A DNA stretch of 64,000 nucleotides from Planctomycetota bacterium (GTDB lineage: Bacteria > Planctomycetota > UBA8742 > JACQVU01 > JANLHZ01), in NCBI GenBank assembly GCA_024653775.1, contig JANLHZ010000250.1:595-64594 (forward strand), given 5' to 3'. Of this stretch, positions 18,986-26,268 are shown one piece after another. Both the position numbers and the translations under genes were made by a program. The notes beneath the pieces were generated by a model that had not been told where the DNA came from, ran no database searches, and saw only the letters and a list, made by a program, of their open reading frames with translations. The first letter of the stretch is position 1, and every line of letters starts with the position of its first letter.

Positions 18986-20116
18986 ATGCGACATGTGGAA
19001 CAGTCGTTGATAGAACAGGCCAGGATCACAGAGTTCGAACTCGAAATACGTAAACAATTGGTCGGTCTGACCGGCAAAGACGCGAAGGTTCTTTTGACCG
19101 GCAGGCCATTTATCGAAAAGGAGGCCGAGCAGATCGTCGACGATCTGTACGCTACGTTGATCGGCATTCCCACAGTCGTGCTTCTCATAAGCGACTCGGA
19201 GACAATGTCGAGGCTGAAGAGTACGCAGCGCGATTATATAATCGATCTGTTCAGCGGCGTTTACGACCTCGAATACGTCAATAACAGGCTTCGCATCGGA
19301 CTCGTACACAAACGAATCGGCGTCCAGCCGAGGTTTTTCCTCGCCGCGATGTACAAGCTAAGGTCGCTCATCGTGGCAGTTATCGAAAAGCGGGCCGGCG
19401 TTACGCATTTCCGCAGGATGATGATCGACGCGCTTGAAAAGCTTATGTACTTCGACGCGTCGTTAATTTTTGAAAGTTACATCGGCAGTCTTATCAGCGA
19501 GATTCAAATCGCGAAGGACAAGTCGGACGAATACGCCCTGACTCTCGAGAGCGTCGTAAGGGAGCGTACAAGGCAGCTCGAGGAGCTTTCGCGCAGGGAT
19601 CCGCTGACCGGAGTTTTCAACAGGCGGTATCTTGCCGAGGATCTCGAAACCGCGATCAAAGCCGCGCAGAGGAGGTCCGAACCTATTTCGTTCGTTTATC
19701 TCGACATTAACGACTTCAAGGCGCTGAACGACAAACTCGGACACCAGCATGGCGACAGCGTCCTTCGCACCGTTGGAGGCGTGCTGAGCGAGATTTGCAG
19801 GCCAGAAGACGGTTGCTATCGCTACGGCGGCGATGAGTTCTGTATAATTCTGAAGAACTGTCCGGAATCCAGCGCGAGGGAACATTTCTGCGCAAGGCTG
19901 ACGAAAGAAGTCGCTTCGAAGCTCGGTGGCGTGACGCTAAGTTACGGCATCTATACAACGGGGCCGCGAGTGTTCGACGACGTAAACACCATCGTTACCG
20001 CTGCTGATAAAAGGATGTACGAGGCGAAGGAGGCGCAGAAGCATCGTGCTGCTGCGAAGAAAGATACCAAGATCACTCACAGGAAAATGCTAAGAAGCGA
20101 ATATGGAGCCGTTTGA
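18986..20116 (+). CDS. globin-coupled sensor diguanylate cyclase
   Basis: N-terminal protoglobin/sensor-globin pattern (RLRIGLVHKRIGVQPRFFLAAMYKL) followed by GGDEF (RDPLTGVFNRRY...YRYGGDEFCIIL). Confidence 0.9.
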   Translation: MRHVEQSLIEQARITEFELEIRKQLVGLTGKDAKVLLTGRPFIEKEAEQIVDDLYATLIGIPTVVLLISDSETMSRLKSTQRDYIIDLFSGVYDLEYVNNRLRIGLVHKRIGVQPRFFLAAMYKLRSLIVAVIEKRAGVTHFRRMMIDALEKLMYFDASLIFESYIGSLISEIQIAKDKSDEYALTLESVVRERTRQLEELSRRDPLTGVFNRRYLAEDLETAIKAAQRRSEPISFVYLDINDFKALNDKLGHQHGDSVLRTVGGVLSEICRPEDGCYRYGGDEFCIILKNCPESSAREHFCARLTKEVASKLGGVTLSYGIYTTGPRVFDDVNTIVTAADKRMYEAKEAQKHRAAAKKDTKITHRKMLRSEYGAV

Positions 20117-20171
20117 ATCCCGTCTCCCATTCCTGCGGTAATGATATTGGAATATTGTTCCGGGAGCGGGT

Positions 20172-21917
20172 ATGATCGCGACGGACGTTCATTGTTCCGG
20201 CCGGCGACTCGTTCTTCACGCAGAGCTTCCACCGCTGATGAATAAAATATTCCGCGCACTAACCCGTATTTATAATAATCCGAGGCTTCCGTGGATAGTT
20301 ATCGGCATTGGCGCGGCTCTTCGCATCGCTCATTATATTATGAATAGATCCGTGTGGCTCGACGAGGCCGCGCTTGCGCTCAATATTGTCAAAAGATCGT
20401 ATGCTGAACTTATAGAGCCGCTCGATCATTCCCAGGGTGCTCCGATATTTTTTTTGATGGTGGAACGATTCTTCGTGCAAGTATTCGGAAATGGCGAGTA
20501 CGCACTGAGACTATTCCCGCTCATTGCGGGAATAGTCTCTCTATTTCTTTTCTATAGCGTTGCAAAACAATATCTGCGTCCAAAAGTAGTATTGATAGCG
20601 CTCGGACTATTTGCCGTTTCGGATACGCTGATTTACTATGCCTCGGAAACAAAACAATATTCGAGCGACGTTGCTATCGCGCTGCTGATATTTTTTGCAA
20701 GCTATCGAGTTCACGCCGCAAAACTATCGATTTCGGTCGCGTCAGCCTACGCGCTTCTCGGAGCCGTGGCGATATGGTTTTCGCATCCTTCCGTGTTCGT
20801 TCTAGCCGGCGCAGGCGCTAGCCTTTTGTTATCGAGTACGATTAATACCGATCTGACTTGCCATACAGGCCTTGCTGGTTACTGCACGCGCGTCATGCGA
20901 ATCGCCGCTGCATCGCCATATCCACCAATATTCCTGCTTCGCGGCAATCCGCCTGACGCGCGTTCGCTACACCCTCAAAACATGCCTGACAAGTCAGATC
21001 GGTATAAAATGGACTGGCGGCGGGCATTAGGTCTTATAGTCGTTTACGGAATCTGGGTGTCGAGTTTTATCGCGTCATACTATTTATCCCTGAACAGTTT
21101 AGCGAGCAACGCGAAACTGTCCGGATACTGGAGCGAGAATTTTATCCGTTTTCCGCCGACGTCTCTTACGGACCTGAAATTGTTTCTGGGAACGCTGATC
21201 GATATATTCGACGTCCCGGTTGGAGTTTATCGAACGGGAGCATCTATCGCTGCTATAGCATTCCTTTTCGGCTGCGCGTCGATGCTTCGGAAAAACCGTG
21301 GTAGCTTTGTTATTTTGATGTCCCCGATTTTTTTTACGCTGCTCGCATCCGCGCTACAGAAATATCCGTTCAGCGGACGGCTATTACTATTCATCGCGCC
21401 GAGTCTGATACTATTGATTGCGGAAGGTATTGCGGAAATAATCGACCTTACTAAATCGAAGGCGCCGATCGTCGGGCTGGCGTTCTCAGCGGCGCTGATT
21501 TTCTTTTTTCTGCTTCCGACCGGGTATCATTTAATAGTAAAGCCGCGAAACGCGGAGGAAATAAAGCCTGTGATGAATTACCTTAAAGAAAATCGACGGG
21601 AAGGCGACGTGATATATCTCTATTATGCGTCGGAGCTTGCTTTCGAATATTATTCAGGCAGATACGGTTTCGATCCGGAGGATTGCATCGCCGGGGTATC
21701 TTCAAGAAACGACGCGGATAAATACCTGAGCGACGTCGACGAGCTTCGAGGAAACGAAAGAGTGTGGCTGGTTTTTTCGCACTTGAACGTCGGCAAGGGT
21801 GGAGTCGAGGAGAATCTTATTCTGTCCCATCTCGAAACCTACGGAACCAGGCTCGACGCTTTTCAAAGAGTCGGCGCGTCAGTTTATCTCTTCGATCTGA
21901 GCGACTCGCCCGAGTAA
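20172..21917 (+). CDS. GT39/ArnT-like polytopic membrane protein
   Basis: Multiple TM helices, WLDEAALALNI motif. Visibly AT-richer than its neighbours. The alternative start is ATG 20238. It carries an in-frame insertion (20846-21004), and its stop codon lies inside a MITE end. Confidence 0.8.
   Translation: MIATDVHCSGRRLVLHAELPPLMNKIFRALTRIYNNPRLPWIVIGIGAALRIAHYIMNRSVWLDEAALALNIVKRSYAELIEPLDHSQGAPIFFLMVERFFVQVFGNGEYALRLFPLIAGIVSLFLFYSVAKQYLRPKVVLIALGLFAVSDTLIYYASETKQYSSDVAIALLIFFASYRVHAAKLSISVASAYALLGAVAIWFSHPSVFVLAGAGASLLLSSTINTDLTCHTGLAGYCTRVMRIAAASPYPPIFLLRGNPPDARSLHPQNMPDKSDRYKMDWRRALGLIVVYGIWVSSFIASYYLSLNSLASNAKLSGYWSENFIRFPPTSLTDLKLFLGTLIDIFDVPVGVYRTGASIAAIAFLFGCASMLRKNRGSFVILMSPIFFTLLASALQKYPFSGRLLLFIAPSLILLIAEGIAEIIDLTKSKAPIVGLAFSAALIFFFLLPTGYHLIVKPRNAEEIKPVMNYLKENRREGDVIYLYYASELAFEYYSGRYGFDPEDCIAGVSSRNDADKYLSDVDELRGNERVWLVFSHLNVGKGGVEENLILSHLETYGTRLDAFQRVGASVYLFDLSDSPE
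20846..21004. mobile_element. 159-bp TIR element inserted in frame, flanked by TAA direct repeats
   Basis: Perfect 15-bp TIR TACCGATCTGACTTG / CAAGTCAGATCGGTA. TAA at 20843-20845 and at 21005-21007. Confidence 0.6.
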
Positions 21918-22040
21918 TTGTTCGCGGTCTATAGCGGGATTCTGTAGTAGTAGCCTGTAAGGGCATATTTTTCAAGATGTGGTGGATCAAAAGAAACGCC
22001 TTAGGAGGCTACGAACGCGAACCGCCCCCTGAACAGTTAC
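21914..22040 (-). mobile_element. MITE family GTAACTGTTCACGGGGTA, degenerate copy
   Basis: It aligns in reverse orientation to 48932-49080 and 54853-54993. One end is shortened (GTAATTGTTCGCGG). No target duplication is visible. Confidence 0.6.
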
Positions 22041-22171
22041 AGTCAGCCCAGTTTCGCGGGATGAAATTTAACATCTTTTTTGTGCGGGAAGGCGTTGTTC
22101 GAATCCGCGGTTCAGTTTAGATTCATGACTCGTTTTTATATGACCATTCCAACCTGACCGATATTCACCGG

Positions 22172-23755
22172 ATGATTGTTTCCCGCAATTCCGCGAAGTT
22201 TCAGATCGCGGCCCTCGCGATAATTATTCTGCTGGGCGCGGCGCTCCGCGCTGTCAGACTCGATTCCCCTTTTCGCGGCGTGCACGATTCCGACAACACG
22301 ATTTTCGGTTCCGTGTTGCAGGCACAGCTAAAATGGGGACCACTAAAAACCCATTTCGAGCCGATCAGGTACGCGGGCAGCGTGCCTTACGAGAATCTGT
22401 ACAAACACCCGTCGCACTGGCCGGCGCCGATCGCGGTGTGCTGGGCGATTGCGACGATCGCAGGGGCGCAGTATGACGCGCTATGCGAGTGGCAGGTCCG
22501 GCTAGGGCCGTTCATATTCTCGATAGTCGGCATGATCGCGTTCTACTTCCTGCTCGCGAGGCTGCTCGACGAAGCCTTTGCCTTGCTGGCGACTCTGTTT
22601 CTTGCGACGTCGCCTTTTTTCGTGTGTTTCGACATCCACGCGGGGAGCTTTCTGTCTTTCGAATTGATGTGCGCGTTTCTCGGACTGAATTTTCTGCTTC
22701 GATACCTTGAAAATCGCGGCGGGCGCGGAAGTCTCATCGCGTCGCTCGTCCTGCTTTCGATTACATGTTTTTCGACGTGGTCCGGGAGCATCGGGTTCGT
22801 TGTCGCTTTCGCGATGGCGGTCTGGATTCCGTCGGGCAAGGAAAAACGCGCGGCAATCGCGTTGATAATCGCGGGGATCGTCAGCGCGGGTTTGCTTCTC
22901 GCATACATTCATCACGTGGGTCTTCTCGAAGGATTCGGGCAGAGATTTTCGAAGCGGACGTCGGGCGAAGGAACCGTCGGAATCGCTGAGTTCGCCATGC
23001 TTGGCGGCAAGCGCACGGCGTTTGCGGTTTCACCCGTGCTGCTGATCCTCGCGGCGGGATGGTTCTTCGCGTTTTTCGCAAGTCGCGGCTGGAAGAACCG
23101 CGACGGACTCGGCGCGCTGATACTCGGAATCTTTGTGTGGTGCGCGCTCGCGCTGGTCGTTTTCCGTAACGCGCTCGTCGCGCACGAATACTACTGGCAC
23201 GGATTCTCCCTCGGTTGCATCGTCGCGGGCGCCCACATGCTAAGGCTCGCGTACGAACGATTTCGTCACAGGCCGAGGATCGCAAACGGAATGGTCGTCG
23301 CCATTACGCTCCTGACTCTCGGCTGGTTCGCGTGGGGAAACGAGCGCAGGTTCAGCCAGACGCACGGATACCCGCTCGAATATCCTCTCGCAGCGGAGAT
23401 CCGCGAGATTGCAAAACCAGATGAAGAGGTTATGACGAATCTCGCGGCGCTCGATTATTACGCGAACTACTACTCAGGGCGGTATATACTAGCGAACGTG
23501 AAGAGCGCAGGCGCGATCTCGGAGGCGAGGAAGGATTCGCCTTCCATCAGTTTTAGGACGTTCGTGACGATGACTCTCAGCGGCGCAAGGAGCATTCCCG
23601 AGTTTCGCGATCTCAGCTCGGCGGAACTCGATCGATTCGGGATAATCCCGGACGACGATCCGCTGATCGCGTCTCTGAACCAGATTTGCGGCGAACCCGA
23701 GGAATCCGGCGGTTTCCTGTTCTACAAACTTCCCGCGGAGGAGCGCGGCAACTGA
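22172..23755 (+). CDS. GT39/ArnT-like polytopic membrane protein
   Basis: 527 aa with more than 10 TM helices, and a soluble C-terminal domain like the 20172..21917 product. Confidence 0.8.
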   Translation: MIVSRNSAKFQIAALAIIILLGAALRAVRLDSPFRGVHDSDNTIFGSVLQAQLKWGPLKTHFEPIRYAGSVPYENLYKHPSHWPAPIAVCWAIATIAGAQYDALCEWQVRLGPFIFSIVGMIAFYFLLARLLDEAFALLATLFLATSPFFVCFDIHAGSFLSFELMCAFLGLNFLLRYLENRGGRGSLIASLVLLSITCFSTWSGSIGFVVAFAMAVWIPSGKEKRAAIALIIAGIVSAGLLLAYIHHVGLLEGFGQRFSKRTSGEGTVGIAEFAMLGGKRTAFAVSPVLLILAAGWFFAFFASRGWKNRDGLGALILGIFVWCALALVVFRNALVAHEYYWHGFSLGCIVAGAHMLRLAYERFRHRPRIANGMVVAITLLTLGWFAWGNERRFSQTHGYPLEYPLAAEIREIAKPDEEVMTNLAALDYYANYYSGRYILANVKSAGAISEARKDSPSISFRTFVTMTLSGARSIPEFRDLSSAELDRFGIIPDDDPLIASLNQICGEPEESGGFLFYKLPAEERGN

Positions 23756-24351
23756 TGCAAAGTCCACTGTTTCGCCATCCGATCTGGTACGACACGATTA
23801 TGAAGGTCCTTTATCAGGGGCATCTGATCGATCGGTATCGCAAGCTCGACCGCATCATTCCGAACGGCGTCAAAGTCGTCGAGCACTGCTGCGGCTCCGC
23901 GCAGTTCTACCGCTGGCTGCTCTCGAAGCGCGACGTCGATTACCTGGGCCACGACGTGAATCCGGTGTTTCTGCGCTGGGCATCCACAATGGGAATTCCG
24001 GTCGATTCCTGCGACATCGTAAGCGGCGAGCTCCCGCAGGGAGACTGGGTGCTGCTTCAGGGGAGTCTTTACCAGTTCGCGCCGGCGTGCAGGGAGTTGC
24101 TTGTTCGATTGCAGCATTCGGCGTCGACCGCGGTGGTAGTGTCGGAGGCGGTCTTCAACGTAGGAAGCCACCCGAGCGCGGTCGTGCGAAAAATCGCGCA
24201 CCTCGCGACTGCGCTCAACGGCAGGAAGGTCTCGTTTCGGTTCGATCGCCAAAAGTTCCGCGAACTCGCGGAAAGCTTCGAAGACGAACTTCTGCTTTAC
24301 ATCACAGGCAAGCGCGAGGACATAATCGTGCTTAAGGGTCTTCGCGTTTAG
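23755..24351 (+). CDS. class I SAM-dependent methyltransferase
   Basis: The start ATG overlaps the upstream TGA (TGATG). Motif VVEHCCGSAQF. The listed ORF start at 23686 overlaps the upstream gene. Confidence 0.8.
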   Translation: MQSPLFRHPIWYDTIMKVLYQGHLIDRYRKLDRIIPNGVKVVEHCCGSAQFYRWLLSKRDVDYLGHDVNPVFLRWASTMGIPVDSCDIVSGELPQGDWVLLQGSLYQFAPACRELLVRLQHSASTAVVVSEAVFNVGSHPSAVVRKIAHLATALNGRKVSFRFDRQKFRELAESFEDELLLYITGKREDIIVLKGLRV

Positions 24352-24376
24352 TAGCGCGGCCTATTGAACAGGGAAC

Positions 24377-25135
24377 GTGGGAATGCAGCGGGAAGGTTAT
24401 CAGGTAACGTCGGACTACGAAGCCACGCACTGGTGGTACCTTTCGCGAAGGGACCTCGTGCTTTCGCAGGTCGAGATCGCCTCGACCGAAATCGGCTTTC
24501 CATCGAAGGAGCTTAGCCTTCTCGACTACGGCTGCGGTACGGGGTTCTTCTTGCAGTTTCTTGCGAAGTTCGGAAACGCTTCGGGCGCGGACGTTGCGGA
24601 GGAAAGCCTCGTCGAGTTCCAGAAGAGCGCCGGGTTTCCGCTTTACGATCTGAGCAGGGAGGCCGAGGCGCTTTACGGGAGGTTCGACGTTGTAACGGCG
24701 CTCGACGTTCTCGAGCATATCGAGGATGACGTCTCCGGGCTGATCAGGATGAAGCGCTGCCTTGCGCCGGGCGGACGGCTGATTCTGACGGTTCCCGCGT
24801 ATGAATGGCTCTGGAGCGGCGAGGACGTCATCAGCGGGCACGTTCGCAGGTACACGATCTCCGGGATGAAACGCGTATTCCGGAAAGCGGGAATGACTTG
24901 CGAATTCATCAGCTACTTCAATATGTCGGTGCTGCCAGCGATCGCGGCGGTGGTCTACGCGAAGCGGATTTTCTCTCCCGAGAAGGCGCAGCACAGCAAT
25001 CTGAAGCACGAGCCGAGGTGGCTTAACAGCCTGCTCTACAAAATCACGTCGGCGGAGGCGAGGCGCATCGGCGCCGGCAGGCTGCGCATGCCAGCGGGCG
25101 CGAGCATCGTCGCTAGACTCCGCGCGAAAGTCTGA
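24377..25135 (+). CDS. class I SAM-dependent methyltransferase (type 11/12)
   Basis: LLDYGCGTGFF, FDVVTALDVLEHI, LAPGGRLILTVP. Confidence 0.9.
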   Translation: MGMQREGYQVTSDYEATHWWYLSRRDLVLSQVEIASTEIGFPSKELSLLDYGCGTGFFLQFLAKFGNASGADVAEESLVEFQKSAGFPLYDLSREAEALYGRFDVVTALDVLEHIEDDVSGLIRMKRCLAPGGRLILTVPAYEWLWSGEDVISGHVRRYTISGMKRVFRKAGMTCEFISYFNMSVLPAIAAVVYAKRIFSPEKAQHSNLKHEPRWLNSLLYKITSAEARRIGAGRLRMPAGASIVARLRAKV

Positions 25136-25140
25136 CGAGG

Positions 25141-25650
25141 TCAACTTGCGACCTTGTCTCCTTCGATAAATGGCGCGCCAGTGAATCCGGATATAGATTC
25201 CGCGATCGAAGCGAGTTCAGCCCGCCTGGAATCCATGAGCTGGCTGACGGGCACGGTGTAGACGTTTTCACCGCAGTCGACGACGACCCGCCATCGCACT
25301 GGCTCGCCGGATACAATCCCGGTCGCGTCGACTCGAACGCAGCGGATTTCCGTAAACTTCACTTCCGTAGCCCGAGACCTGAATACGCTCGCGGTAGTGT
25401 ACGTAAACGTGCCACTACTTTTGTCGAAGATGACCGAGTTTCTGGCCAGAAGGATCGCAAGCCCGGGGAATACCACCACCGCGCCGAGGAATACGCCCGT
25501 GCCAACAGACTTCGCGTCCGAGTAGAGCAGGAAACTCGCCACGCCGAGAAGGGCGCCGAGGAAGATGAACGCGTACCCCATCATCCGCTCCATGATGAAC
25601 TCGCCGCCCCAGCCGATTTTGTATTCCAGAGTATCGTTGCCTGGCGTCAT
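25141..25650 (-). CDS. hypothetical membrane protein
   Basis: Two hydrophobic helices (GYAFIFLGALLGVASFLLY, VFLGAVVVFPGLAILL). No domain recognised. The start could be an internal Met. Confidence 0.6.
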   Translation of the reverse strand: MTPGNDTLEYKIGWGGEFIMERMMGYAFIFLGALLGVASFLLYSDAKSVGTGVFLGAVVVFPGLAILLARNSVIFDKSSGTFTYTTASVFRSRATEVKFTEIRCVRVDATGIVSGEPVRWRVVVDCGENVYTVPVSQLMDSRRAELASIAESISGFTGAPFIEGDKVAS

Positions 25651-25782
25651 TCACGAATTATAACGTCCGGGCGCGCGAGAGTCAGACGCGCATTCGAATG
25701 AATTTATATTTGGACAAGATGATCGTCTTGAACTAATATTTGAGTCCGCTCGATTATAAACGATTCACATCCGGAGAAACTG

Positions 25783-26133
25783 ATGAGAAAAGTCGCAACA
25801 CTTGCCCTCGGTCTATTTGTCCTCGCGCTCGGATTTTCGGGATGTTCGTCCATCGATCCGGAATACTCGACGTTCGAACTCACGAAGCGCTACTCTGGCT
25901 GGTCGATGGAACGCTACGATTCGACCCAGCCTGCCGCGGAAGAAGAGGTCGAAAACGTGCTCGTCAGCGCAACAGAAGAAACCGAACCCGCGGGAACTCT
26001 CGAACTCGCGCTGCTCCCCTTCGGCTTCCTTTTCTCCGTCGCCGCGGACATCATCATCCTGCCCGCGACGTTTACGGCGGACGTTTTCTACACGTTCGAT
26101 TCCTGGGTCTACTCCGGCGGCTATCAGCCGTAA
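25783..26133 (+). CDS. small lipoprotein (YceK/YidQ-like)
   Basis: Lipobox LGFSGC after the signal peptide. C-terminal hydrophobic DIIILP motif. Confidence 0.7.
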   Translation: MRKVATLALGLFVLALGFSGCSSIDPEYSTFELTKRYSGWSMERYDSTQPAAEEEVENVLVSATEETEPAGTLELALLPFGFLFSVAADIIILPATFTADVFYTFDSWVYSGGYQP

Positions 26134-26268
26134 AGATTTCAGCCACGCGCCCGATAGGGCGCCAGGATTATCGAGGTCGAGATTTCAGGCTTCAGAACGG
26201 TTCGTGTTCACTGGGGTTCCCTCGCCATCCAGGAGTCGCGGCGCGTTCATTCGTAATTCGTAATTGAA

